A stretch of 64,000 bases of DNA from Candidatus Cloacimonadales bacterium (GTDB taxonomy: Bacteria; Cloacimonadota; Cloacimonadia; Cloacimonadales; JAFGVF01), in assembly GCA_963678315.1 (NCBI GenBank), contig OY782781.1, positions 1,024,001-1,088,000 of the forward strand. The letters run 5' to 3'. This document shows, in pieces, positions 9,978-22,700 of the stretch. The translations under genes were made by a program, and so were the position numbers. A model generated the notes under the pieces. The model was not told where the DNA came from. It saw nothing but the letters and a program-made list of their open reading frames with translations, and ran no database searches. The first letter of the stretch is position 1; the number at the start of each line of letters is the position of its first letter.

Positions 9978-11231
9978 ATGAAGAAATTTTTAATTAAGGG
10001 TGGAAGAAAATTAAGCGGTAGTGTTGAAGTTTCTGGTGCAAAAAACGCTATATTGCCTATTATTGCAGCATGTTTATTAACTAGAGGAAAATCTGTATTA
10101 ACTAATGTACCTAGATTGGTAGATTTGAAGACAATGGCTCATTTATTAAGAATTATTGGAGCAAGAATCAATTACCAAGATGGTCGCATGGAACTAGATA
10201 CTTCTGATGTATGCTTTGCTGAAGCACCTTATGAATTAGTTTCTAAAATGAGAGCTTCTATCTATGTCTTAGGACCACTTCTAACTAAGTTTAAGCATGC
10301 AAAAGTTTCTTTTCCTGGTGGATGTGCAATTGGTGCAAGACCAATAGATTTACATCTAAAAGCTTTAGAAAAAATGGGAACTAAGTTTGAAACTAAGAAA
10401 GGTTATTTGTATGCAACAACTGAGGAGTTACATGGAGCAGAAATCAATTTTGAGAATGTTTCAGTAGGGGCGACTTGCCATATCTTAATGACAGCTACAC
10501 TTGCTAAGGGAACAACAATTATGCGTAATTGTGCTGTTGAACCTGAAATTGCAAGTTTGATAGATTTCTTAACAAAGATGGGTGCCAAGATAAAGGGTAC
10601 AGGAAGTCAAACTCTTACTATTGAAGGTGTAAAAGAATTATTCCCAGTAGGTATGGAAATGATGCCAGACAGAATTGAAGCAGGCACTTTCTTAATCGCA
10701 GGAGCTATTACTAATAGTGAAATTACTGTTTCAAACTGTAATCCTAATCATCTAGATGAGCTAATCTTAAAGATGAAGCAAGCTGGTTTCAAAATCGATT
10801 GTGATGAAACTAGTATGCATATCTATCCTAATGATGAAATTCTTCCAGTCAATATTGTAACTGATCCATATCCAGCATTTCCAACAGACTTGCAGGCTCA
10901 GTTTATGGCTCTCATGACCTTAGCTAAAGGTTCTAGTTATGTAGAGGATAAAATATTCCCAGATAGATTTATGCATGTCCCAGAACTTAACCGATTGCAA
11001 GCTGATATTCTACAAGAGAATGGTAAAGCTAAGATAATTGGGGTTGATGAATTGAGTGGTGCTGAAGTTATGGCAACTGATTTGAGGGCAAGTGCTGCCT
11101 TGGTATTAGCTGGACTTGCTGCCGAGGGAGAAACTATTGTATCAAGAATTTATCACATCGATAGAGGATATGATAACATAGAAGGAAAACTTAATAAGTT
11201 GGGAGCTTCCATTGAGAGAATTGAAGGATAA
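9978..11231 (+). CDS. murA: UDP-N-acetylglucosamine 1-carboxyvinyltransferase
   Basis: SGAKNA, PGGCAIGARPIDLH, FPTDLQAQ, TDLRA, HIDRGY. Confidence 0.97.
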   Translation: MKKFLIKGGRKLSGSVEVSGAKNAILPIIAACLLTRGKSVLTNVPRLVDLKTMAHLLRIIGARINYQDGRMELDTSDVCFAEAPYELVSKMRASIYVLGPLLTKFKHAKVSFPGGCAIGARPIDLHLKALEKMGTKFETKKGYLYATTEELHGAEINFENVSVGATCHILMTATLAKGTTIMRNCAVEPEIASLIDFLTKMGAKIKGTGSQTLTIEGVKELFPVGMEMMPDRIEAGTFLIAGAITNSEITVSNCNPNHLDELILKMKQAGFKIDCDETSMHIYPNDEILPVNIVTDPYPAFPTDLQAQFMALMTLAKGSSYVEDKIFPDRFMHVPELNRLQADILQENGKAKIIGVDELSGAEVMATDLRASAALVLAGLAAEGETIVSRIYHIDRGYDNIEGKLNKLGASIERIEG

Positions 11232-12282
11232 GAAAATTGCAGTAGCAATGAGTGGAGGAGTAGATTCTTCAGTTGTAGCTGTACTATTGCAAGAACAAGG
11301 CTATGACATAGCCGGCTTTACCATGATTCAGTTTGATGACCAAGAGTTTGGATATTCTAAGGATGAAGGAGCTCAAGCAAGTGCTAATGATGCCAAGAAA
11401 ATATGTGACCAACTAGGTATCCAACACTTCATAATAGATGTTAGAGAAGATTTTCGAAGAATTGTATTGAAAGATTTTGTTGAACAATATAAAGAAGGGA
11501 AAACCCCAAACCCATGCACTCTCTGTAATCCTACTATCAAATGGGGAGCTTTCTTTGATGAAATAAAGAAACATGGCTATGAATATATGGCAACAGGTCA
11601 TTATGTAAAACTTGATAATAAAGAAGATAGACCTCATATCTTTAGAGCTAATAACTCGAAAGATCAAACCTATATGTTATGGGGCTTAAGCCAAGATCAA
11701 CTAGCTCATACTATTTTCCCTCTTTACGACTTAGATAAAGATGAAGTTAGAAAGCTAGCTTCAGATAATAACTTGTTTGTTGCAGATAAAAAAGATTCCC
11801 AAGAGATATGCTTTATAAAAGGACATTACCTAGACTTTGTAAATAAAATAGTTCCTCCTAAAGCAGGAAATATTAAGTTTCTAAGAAGTGGGGAAGTGAT
11901 AGGTAAGCACCATGGTTTAACAGCTTACACTATCGGACAAAGAAAGGGACTTCAAACTTCTATGAATGTAACTCTCTATGTTCATTCTATGGATATAAAA
12001 AAGAATATTCTCTATGTAACAGATAATCGAGAAGATCTAAAGGTTAATTCATTTACCATAACAGATGTTAATCTCTATGTTGATGATATAGCTGAATTGA
12101 AAAATGGAAATGTACAGATAAGATATAATTCTAGACCTGTTGAAATTAAAGATGTCTGCTGGGAAAAAGATAATTTGATTGTTACTCCTAGCCAGGCTAT
12201 AGAATCTGTAACTCCTGGACAATCTGCTGTATTTTATTCTAGCCAGAATGAACTTCTTGCTGGTGGAGTGATTCTTAAATAA
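11212..12282 (+). CDS. mnmA: tRNA 2-thiouridine(34) synthase (true start may be TTG 11221)
   Basis: AMSGGVDSS, TPNPC..CN, ATGHY, KDQTY, KDSQEICF, TPGQSAVFY. Confidence 0.95.
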   Translation: MRELKDKKIAVAMSGGVDSSVVAVLLQEQGYDIAGFTMIQFDDQEFGYSKDEGAQASANDAKKICDQLGIQHFIIDVREDFRRIVLKDFVEQYKEGKTPNPCTLCNPTIKWGAFFDEIKKHGYEYMATGHYVKLDNKEDRPHIFRANNSKDQTYMLWGLSQDQLAHTIFPLYDLDKDEVRKLASDNNLFVADKKDSQEICFIKGHYLDFVNKIVPPKAGNIKFLRSGEVIGKHHGLTAYTIGQRKGLQTSMNVTLYVHSMDIKKNILYVTDNREDLKVNSFTITDVNLYVDDIAELKNGNVQIRYNSRPVEIKDVCWEKDNLIVTPSQAIESVTPGQSAVFYSSQNELLAGGVILK

Positions 12283-12293
12283 GATTTGTAGAT

Positions 12294-13202
12294 ATGCTAG
12301 AAATTATTAAACAGTGGACAGGGGCTTTCCTGCTATCGGCTATTGCAATAGGATTCTTATTCCCTCAACTTGCTGTCTTGAAGCCTATTTTAGCACCAAG
12401 CTTAATGCTGCTATTATTCTGTTCTTTTGTGAAGTTAGATTTCCATATAAAGAAGTTTGTCAGAAAAGAACTTATTCTTTATCCCCTTCTCTGCTGGCTA
12501 ATACTCCCTCCTATTGTTTATTATGGACTAGGATTCTTACCAGAAGAATTGCGTGTAGGAATGTTGTTAGTGGTAATTACTCCTCCTGCCTTAGGTGCTC
12601 CAGTAATAACATCATTAGCCCACGGAGACTTGGAATTCGTGGTCTCTAATGTAACAATATTTAATTTATTAGCACCATTAGCCTACACTTTTATCCCACA
12701 ACTATATCTCAAAAATGTCTCAATGGAGATCGACTACTCTTCTATATTTATGAGAGTAGCCATGTTTATCTTTATCCCTCTAGTCTTAGCAGTTTTAACC
12801 AAAAGGAGCAAAGTTCTAACAAAATATGTGCTTACTAGAATCGACCCTCTGAAAGCACTTATTCAAGTTATTCTCATTGCTGTGGCTGTTTCAACGACTA
12901 CTGATAAAATAAAAAGACTTGATTTTTCTAATCTAATATATCTAGTTATTATTACCTTTCTTATATCCGGCATTCTATATCTAATAGGGATATTGTCAGC
13001 TAAAGGGAATAGAAGGATGATAGCCACATTGCCTATAGCTGTTGGACATAAGAATACACTTCTGGCTTTAACTATTGGGCTTGCTAGCTTCTCTGAACTC
13101 TCAGCACTTCCAGCAGTCTTTTATCTAATTGCGCATCATAGCTATAATGGACTACTAATTACTTACAATCGTAAGGAAGTTAAAAAACAGACTAGTAATT
13201 AG
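12294..13202 (+). CDS. Bile acid:Na+ symporter (BASS/Acr3-like) family transporter
   Basis: About 9-10 TM helices; TPPALGAP..T.LA.GD and 'VGHKNT.LA' crossover-like motifs. Confidence 0.6.
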   Translation: MLEIIKQWTGAFLLSAIAIGFLFPQLAVLKPILAPSLMLLLFCSFVKLDFHIKKFVRKELILYPLLCWLILPPIVYYGLGFLPEELRVGMLLVVITPPALGAPVITSLAHGDLEFVVSNVTIFNLLAPLAYTFIPQLYLKNVSMEIDYSSIFMRVAMFIFIPLVLAVLTKRSKVLTKYVLTRIDPLKALIQVILIAVAVSTTTDKIKRLDFSNLIYLVIITFLISGILYLIGILSAKGNRRMIATLPIAVGHKNTLLALTIGLASFSELSALPAVFYLIAHHSYNGLLITYNRKEVKKQTSN

Positions 13203-13243
13203 AATCTTTTTTTAAGAGATTGCCTTACCATATTTAAACAAGT

Positions 13244-13375
13244 TGTATTAATTCCGCACACCTCAAATAACAATTGTTATATTATCGCACACACAAAACA
13301 AGTAGCTAATATATCATATCTTATTGTATAATAACTAATTACATAATATTATAAATTCATGGAACCCACCTTGCT
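13244..13375 (+). promoter_or_regulatory. Predicted sigma-54 promoter with two upstream activator sites
   Basis: TGGAAC-N5-TTGC at 13360-13374 (consensus TGGCAC-N5-TTGC); TGT-N11-ACA at 13244-13260 and 13275-13291, both ending CGCACA and 31 bp apart. Confidence 0.65.
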
Positions 13376-13408
13376 TTATATAAGAGAAAAATATAATTGG
13401 AGTTAACC

Positions 13409-13753
13409 ATGAGTGATATTCTTTTGATTGGTAAAGCAAGTAGATTACTTGATGAGATTTCTTTCTTTTTGGATTCAAGTAGTTACCATAATGTATTAGT
13501 TTCTCCTGACGAGATTAACTATAAACTACTAAATCTTAATAATATCAGCCATGTAATTATAAATTATGAATTTCCTACTTTTAGAGGATTAGATTGTATT
13601 AAGAAGATTAAGAGTATAAAGGAATTACCTATTATCATCATCACATCAAATAAATCTTCAGAATTTAAATCTTTGATTCTTAAGTCAGGAGTAAATCGAG
13701 TTATAACTAGGCCTTTTAGACCTAAAGAATTAGTTGAATTAATAAGACATTGA
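13409..13753 (+). CDS. Stand-alone atypical (pseudo-)receiver domain protein
   Basis: REC pattern (GLDCIKKIK, LPIIIITS, GVNRVITRPF) lacking canonical acidic residues; ATG 13409 follows a GGAG RBS (track start 13397). Confidence 0.7.
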   Translation: MSDILLIGKASRLLDEISFFLDSSSYHNVLVSPDEINYKLLNLNNISHVIINYEFPTFRGLDCIKKIKSIKELPIIIITSNKSSEFKSLILKSGVNRVITRPFRPKELVELIRH

Positions 13754-13772
13754 GATTACGCTAGGAGGAAAA

Positions 13773-16700
13773 ATGCAAAAATCTAGTCTTGTCGTACTTT
13801 TTATATTAATGTGTAGTCTTCTAGCAGCTGTTTTCCCAGCTGTTGAAGGTTATCACAATTACTCTTATGAATGGGGAACATTCGAAAACGCTATCAGCTT
13901 TAACTGGTACAATGATAATGTTCCTGAAGGTTATAGTGTTGCTAACATTGAATTTAACAGAAATGGTTTCGCAGAACCAATGTTACTTGATTATTGGGGT
14001 TCAGCATATTACACTGATTCAGATATCACCATAGGTAACACTTACAATTACTCTTCAAGATTTGTTTATACAAACAATTCAGATAATTCTACAGAATATT
14101 CTGAATGGAGTTATGTAACTATTGATACTTCTGAACTTGAAGACCTTTTAGATGCTCCTACTAACCTACAATTAGGAGCTGGTACAGATTGGGAAGGTAA
14201 CAAAACCATAATACTATCATGGGATTATACAGCACCAGAAGGTTACTGGCCTGATGGCTTTGTTGTGAAAAGATCTGACCAAGATTGGTTCCAAGAAGTA
14301 TATAATATGGACCCTCCTTTTATGTTCGAAGACATGGATTTCACTATGGGTGAAACTTATACTTATTATGTAAAAGCTAGAATGATGGGTGAAATGAATG
14401 GAGATATGATTGTTTCTAACCCAACTGCAACATTCACAGTTGATACTAATAGTCTTCCTCTAAGTAATATTCAATTTAATGGTATGATGTCTGGGACTTA
14501 CAATGACCTAGAAGCTATCTCATTATTTACACCAGATACAGGTGCTTCAATTTATTATACATTAGATGGAAGCGAACCTACAACAGATGATATTTTATAT
14601 ACAGATCCAATTGTTATTCCTTGGGGATCTGAAGTAAGCTTGAAAGCACGTGCATTTAAAACAGGAGCTACTGAATCAGCTCTTCTAACTTTAGTCTACA
14701 CACTAACAGGTATTGTTAGCGACTACTATCCAGAAGAAAATAAACAAGGTGTTAATCCTGAATATCCAGTTTTTGCTTGGTACAAGCTAGCTTCAGCAAG
14801 TGGTTATTATATAAATGTAGGAACTACATCAGGAAATAATGATATATTAGCTAATCATTTCGTTGATGCTACAGATATGTCTAATTATGATGGTTCTTAT
14901 CTTAGAGAAGGGGTTGAGTTAGACTTAGACTATGAAACTCAATATTTTTGGTCTATTACAGCTCAACAAACAGGAACAGCAACTACAGCTGATAGTGATG
15001 AAAGATCATTCACTACTGCAGCAGAAGTAATAGTTTCTTCATACCCTTATCAAGAGAGTTTTGAGACTTCAACTATTAATCAGTTAGCAGAAGGTTGGAC
15101 TGATATTAATCTAGCTAGCTATCAAACATGGAAGGTGTATAATTCATCAGCTAGTCATGGAAACAATAGTGTTCAACTATATACTTACTCACAAAATGAT
15201 TGGTTGTTCTCTTCAGAGCTTGCCTTCTCTGAAGGTAGAGAATATGAAATACAATTCTCACATAAAGGATCTAGTGCTAGTTTAGATGCTTACTTAGTTG
15301 ATTCTAGAGCTCTTGATACTCCTGAAAACCCAACTATAGTTCAGCACTTAGGACATATTTCTACTACTAATTGGTGGGATACATCTGCCTATAACTATAC
15401 TTCTTTGGAAGATGGAAACTACTTCCTAGCCTTTAAACCTACTAACAATAATGGAACTTATCTTTACTTAGATAATATCATAATCAATGAAGCTATCGCT
15501 AATATCCCAGCTCCTATTGTTGAGTATGATGATGAGGCATGGCATGATAATCCATTTACTTTAGAACTTAACCATGAGATTGAAGGTGCACAATTATATT
15601 ATTATGTAGCTCCAGAATGGCAAAATCCTTATGATTTCAATGCTTCTTTTGCTAGTGATAGAAGTCTATATGAAGGACCAGTTCAAATTGAAGAACCAGG
15701 ATCAAGTATGCTTTATCTACAAGCTGAACATCCAAACTGGTTAGCTTCAGAAATCATAAATATTGACCTTAATATCAAACCTCTATTGCCTGCTCCAATG
15801 TTCGATACAGAGCCAGGTAATTATAACAATCCTATTGATGTAGAGCTTATATCCGAAGCTCCTGCAGCAGATACATATTACACAACAGATGGAAGTGATC
15901 CTTTTACAAGTCCTACTAAAGTACTTTATACAGAAGGTGATCAAATTCATATAGACATGAATGAAACTATCACCATCAAGGCTGCAAGTGTTCAAGAAAA
16001 CTATATGCCATCAGAAATACTTGAAGGTACTTTCACTACAGTTCCTAAATTAGTTCAAGTTACATTCAGTCCTGAAGGCGGACTTTTTACATCAGCTCAA
16101 TCAATTGAACTTAATCATATTGATGCTGGAACTACTATCTATTATACCTTAGATGGTAGTGCTCCAGATAATACTTCTTTGGGATATACAACACCTCTTC
16201 AATTAGCGGAACACACTGTGACTACTATCAGTGCTATTGCTTACAAGGATGGTTTTGAAGAAAGTGATGTATCTTCCCAAACTTATACAATCACAGGTCA
16301 AGTTGATAGCCCAACAACTAATGTTGCAGAAGGTATCTATTCTTCACCTCAATCAGTTTCATTATCTACAACTACAGAATCAGCATCAATAAGATATACA
16401 GTAGATGGAACAGACCCTGATGAAACTTCTACATTATGGACTGGTCTTCCAATTGAAATTGGTGAATTTACTACAAGCACTATTAAAGCTATTGCCTATA
16501 AAGAAAACTGGGCTGCTTCTGAGATGATGACTATTACTATCCAAGTAACTGGTCAATTACCTCAAGTAGAATTTAGCTTAGAAGGTGGTGCTTACGAATC
16601 TAATCAAATTCTATCTCTCAGCGTACCAGGTTATCCAACAGCATCTATTTATTCAACATCAAATGGATCTGAACCTAGCGAAGCTAGCATACTCTACATA

Positions 16701-19700
16701 GGCTCAATACTTCTTAATGCTCCTTCAGATGTAACAATCAAGGCTATAGCAGTTCTTGATAACTACCGTACTTCAGAAGTTGCTTCTAATGATTATGAAG
16801 TTCGCTATAAAGTTGAAACACCTGTCTTTAGTCAAGAGTCAGGAATCTATACAGCTCCTCTTGATCTTGAAATTACTTCTGCTACAAATGGAGCAAGTGT
16901 TTATTATACTACAGATGGTAGTGATCCCACAACAGGCATGCTCTATTCTGAACCTATTCAATTAGAAGAAGATACTAATACAGAAATCAGAGCTATTGCA
17001 ATGAGGAATGGTTGGTTTGATTCAGAACTAGCATCAGTTAATATCCAAGTTACAGGTACAGTTCCAACACCAACCATTGATACTCCTTCTGGTGTTTATG
17101 TTAGTGCTACAACTGTTACTGTCACAAACACCATGGCTCAAGCAGATGTATACTATACACTTGATGGTTCTGAACCAACTACTGATGATAACTTGTATGT
17201 TGAACCACTAACCTTTAATCCTGGAGACAATGATACTCTAAAAGTAAAAGCATTCAGAGAAGATTGGTTACCATCAACAACTGTAACAAGATTCTATTCT
17301 GTTCCAGATGAAACAATGATTTATAGTTTCAATATGGTTAACACAACTCTTACTACAGAAGATAACCCAAGTTACAGCTACTCATTAGTAACTAATCATA
17401 CTACAGCTAATGTAAATGCAAGAATTACTATTCTTGATTCAGATGATAACCCTGTTGTAGTTGATGAAGAAGTAGTGACTATCTTCGGTGAAATAACTAA
17501 TCAATTCTTTAGAGAAATCGATGTTGAACCTAACTTAGCAGAAGGTAATTATACTTATAAGCTAGATATTCTCAACACTGATGATGATATTCTTGATACT
17601 TTTGAACCTACATCTCCTTTCCAAGTTGGTACTCCTGCCTACACAATTACAGGTAATGTTGACCATGACTTTGGAACTCTTGCTGCAGGCTCAACAAATA
17701 CTCATTCCTTTACTTTAAACAGTACTGGAAGCATACCATTAAACATGTCTTATGTTCCACTTAGTGAACCATTCAGCTCTAATATGCTTATTACAGTTTT
17801 AGGTACAGGTAATAGCTGGGAATATACCATAACTTTCCAACCTGAAACTTATGGAACATACTTCGACCAGTTAGTAATCAATACTAATGCTGGTGCTATC
17901 ACTTGTAACTTCTCTGGTGAAGCTGTTATGGGACAATACAGAGATAACATCTCTGAAATCTCTGCTACAGTTGATTATGGACAAACTACTCAAAAGCAGT
18001 TTGTTATCTATAACGATTCTCCTGCTGCTGACTTAAATGTAAGCCTTTCTGAAGCAGTTGATTGGTTATCTCTTGATCAAGTTACTGCTCTTGTTCCTGA
18101 CCAAGATTCTCTTGTTGTAAATGCAACTCTTGGTTTAGCTACTTTAGTTGGTGGGACCTACACAACAGATATCACAATCACAACCGATGACCTTAGAGCT
18201 GAGACTGTTACTATCCCTGTAACTTTAACAGTAAATGGTGCTGTAATTTCAACTTCACATGATGAAATAGAAGTTATCACTGGCGTTGGTGAAGATGTAT
18301 TCTTCAAGTTCAGAATTTCCAATGATGGTTCTGAACCACTTGCTTATTCTTTAGACGAAGATGCTGATTGGTTGATTCCTGAAAGTGATAATGGTAATAT
18401 AGAAGCTAATGGCAATGAAGATAATGAATTAGAATTTGATGGTGATATTCCAGTTGGAACTTATACAACTACTATCACAATTGAATCTAATGATATAAAC
18501 ACTCCTGAACTAACTATACCTGTGACATTTATTGTACAAGATGCAGTCTTTGGTTTCTTACCTCTTGATGGAATTCTTGACTTTGGAAACGTTGCAATGG
18601 GTTCTAGTCGTTCTCTTCCTGTAACTCTTAAGAATACTGGTAATCTTGCTTTAACTGTTAACTCACTTGTTTCAGCAAGTCCAGCTTTCACATTCGATCC
18701 AGAAATCAATGATTTAGAGCTTGCTGGTGGTACAGAACAAGAAGTTGATGTAATATTTACTCCTGCTGCTACAGCTTTCTATAATGATGTAACACTAACA
18801 ATCACTTATGAAGATGAGGAAACTGCTGAGCTATCAATGTTTGGTAGAGGAGAAGACCCTAATCCTTCATTCTCTATTGATTGGGTTGATAATAGATATG
18901 ACTTCGGTAACGTTGAAGTTGGTTCTACAGAAATTAATGACATTCGAGTTTATAACAATGGTAATGTTGAACTTCACTTTAATAACTTTGTCTATGAAGA
19001 TGAAGATATTACTGAGTTTGAGTTAGAAGAATTTACTCTTGATGTTGGTAAAGATCATCACTTTGACGTATCATTTGCACCTATTCTTGCTGGTGAGTAT
19101 GAATTAGATATTCAAATGAATACAACAGAAGGTGCAACTCAAACTGCAGTTATTGAAGCTATCGCTTTCGATAACTCCAACACAGCTCAATTAACTTATC
19201 CTGAAGATGAACCATTTAATGGTGAAATGGGTGTTAATCCTATTGAAGGTCTTGAGGGAACTAACTTCGAATTTAGAGTTGTTTATACTGACTTAGATAA
19301 TCTTCCTCCTAGAGATGGTTCTCCAGTCCTACATTTAGACTTAAACCATGATGGCGATACTGATGATGATGGTGACCAAGTTATCATTATGACTGAAGTT
19401 GATGAAGCTGACCTTGTTTATACTGATGGTAAGCTTTATGAATGTGTCTTCCTAGTACCATTTGGCTACAACCCTCAATACAGAATGGCTGCTTTAGATA
19501 ATGGTTTTAAAGTTGCAGAAGGTCAAGCTACTCATTGGCTTAATGGACCTGTGGTTGCTAATCAAGGTCTTGATTTAGGTCTTTATGCTTCTCATATTGA
19601 ATTTAGCGAATATCATCCTAATGCTGGACAAGAAGTAATAGTTGTTGCTCATATCCAAAACTGGGGTGACTTATCAGCTGATAATGTTCCAGTTACCTTC

Positions 19701-22700
19701 TTGCTTGATGAAGTTCAATTTGACCAGTTAATCATTCCTCATATTGAAGGAAATTCTGAATACACACTAGAAACTACAGTTTCTTCCAATGTTGATGGAT
19801 TCTTACCTGTAAAAGTTCATGTTAACAGAAATAATGCTAATCCAGCACTTATAGAAGCTAATCAGTTAAATAACTTTGCTTCAAGACCTCTAGTTGTCGG
19901 TGATGTTGATGTTCCAGGTTCAATTGATGTAACAGCTACAGCATCTCCTGCTACTGTTTATGAATCATCATATAATACCTTCTCTGTTTACGGTAGAGCT
20001 GATTATGTTGATGTTCATGACCCTAATCTTGATGTTTCTGGTAGCTTTGTTAGAGCTGAATTGCTTCAAACTGGTGAAGTTCAAACTACTCATACTAATA
20101 GCTGGGGTAACTACTCAGTAAGATTTAATACTCCTGCTAATATTGGAGTTTATGATATAGAAGTTTATGTTACAGACTACACACTAGAAGGACAAGAGAC
20201 TACTCAAATGGAAGTTATAGCTCGTCCTGATAGAAAAGATATCCGAGTTTATGTTTCAACAGTAGGCTCTCAATATCCAAGAGTTAATCCTCCAACAGCA
20301 GATACTTTCGATATTTATGTTCAAGTAATGAATATTGGTTCAGTTAATGTTGCTGATGATATCGATGTTGATTTAAATGAAGGAAGAAGTGGCTTAGGTG
20401 GAATTAACTTAGATAACTGGACTATCCTTGGCGGTCTAGATGCTGGAGAGTCACAAACATTCACATTCGAACATCCAGGTGTTGCAAACATAGGTTGGTA
20501 TTACTTCCATGGTGCTGCTACTCATGCAAGCATGCATACAGAAGATAATACAAGTAATAATTATCACAATGGAAGTAAATATATCTATCCAGCACTACCG
20601 GATTTAACTCCAACATATGTATATTTCTATAACCTACCAAATTATAGAAACCATGGTGTGGTTGGATCTCCTTTCAATGGCAAGGTTCAAGTCTCTAACA
20701 AATATGTAACACCATCAATCCAAACTACAGCTACAGTTGAGTATAGAGGACCATTCACAGGTAATGTATGGGCTCCTTTCTCAAACATTGTAGTTCCAGC
20801 CTTAGGTGCTTTTGATAGTGAGAATATTGATTTCGGAAGAGATATTAATATCCCTGTTGGTTTCGCTGGTTTCTATGATTTCAAAATTATAGTTGACCCT
20901 GTAAATCCAGGTATTGTTGCTGAACACAGTGAACTTAATAATGAAATAATCAAAACAATAGAAGTTAAGAATCCTGATTGGGACTTCTTTGTTAATTATA
21001 ATTCTATCGAAATATCAAACTATGACCCTGCTTTCGCAGTAGATCAAGTTAACTTTACAGCTGATATTAGTAACAACGGAACTGACGAAGCTAATAATGT
21101 CCAAGTCAAGTTCGAATATATCAGATTCCAAGATGGAGTAGAGATTGGCCCATGGCAACAAATCGGAGATATCAAAGTAATCCCTAATATTGGAGCTTAT
21201 GATACATTTGAAGATGTTACAAGTGACTTATGGCTTGTACCAAACTCAGATGGTTATAAACTTAGAGTTACAGTAGATCCATTTGATAACTTTGTTGAAC
21301 TTAATGAAAACAACAATGACCAAGAACGTTGGTTAGGTTATGACTTCTACCCATGGGCACATAGTGACTATTACTATGTAACTGTTGGCGAAGAAGGCTC
21401 AGTTGGTAGATATATTTCATCAAGAGCTTCTTGGCAAGCAGACGATGTTCCTGTTGTCTTCTACGATTGGTTCCCACATGAACCATTTACACCTGGAGTT
21501 AACCCTCAACAAATCGGGCTTGAAGATGTTAATATCCCAGGTAATAACGGAACAACATATTCAAGAGCTACTAAAGTATGGAATCAAGTTGGTCTTCACA
21601 AAATCACTTGTCATGTAGATATTACTGATGGAGAAAGAGCAGCTTGGAACATCAATCCTAACCCTCTAGCAGCTAATGGCTTTACTGGACTATATACAAA
21701 TGAAATCTATGAAGATAACAATGTAGATTACTTGTATATGGATGTTCAAGAACCACTACCTGATTTAGTTGCATGGTCTGAATTTATCAATCCAACTATC
21801 CTTAATCCTGATAGAAATGAAGCTGTTGATATTCAATCTTCATTCGAGAATCATGGTGTTGGCGATGTTGATGAAGAATTCAAAATCAAGTTCTATATTG
21901 ATTCTGTTCAATTAGGTAATGAAGTTGTAGTAGCTGGTATCGATTCAAATGAAAACGGTGCAGTTCAAGCTACTGAACAATTCTCTTCAAATGTTGCAGG
22001 TGCTCACGTTATCAGAGTTGAGTTAGATACTGATGGCGTTGTTGGAGAAACTAATGAAGATAATAACTTAGCCTCACGTGTGATTGTGGTTGGACCTGCT
22101 CCAAACATGGTGTTTGGTGAAGAACTAAGAAATGGTAGAGTGGGCAGTGGTCTATCTCTCTCAGATAGTTCTCCTGAAGCTGGTCAAGAAATCATAATTA
22201 CTGCAAATATCACTAATAACGGTAGAGCTGAAGGTTCAGCTTGGGTTGATTTCTACTATGTAATCGCACAAGATTCTACTCTTATTGCTAGCCGTCAATT
22301 TACTGTTATCAATGGTGAAACTGAAGAAATCTCTGTTGACTGGATAGCTGAATCAGAATTTGGTTCTGTTGTTGCTGTAATTAGAGATGCTACTCCAATC
22401 GAGTTTAATGCTCTTGATAATACTGCTGAAGTTGAGTTCGGTCCTTCTCTTCAATTTGTAGGAACTTATGATAATGTTCATATCGATGAAGATGCAGGTG
22501 CTCAATCAATAGGCGATTTAGATTCTATTGTAGAAAACAGAGACAATACTGGAGTTATCTTCTTCGCATCAACTGATGTTGAAGGTGCTACAGTGACTAT
22601 AGATGAAAACAATGTACTTTGGTTAAATCCTCCTACAAACTATCATGGTACAATAACTGTTGATGTTGAAGCTGTTAACCTTTATAATGACAGCAGATCT

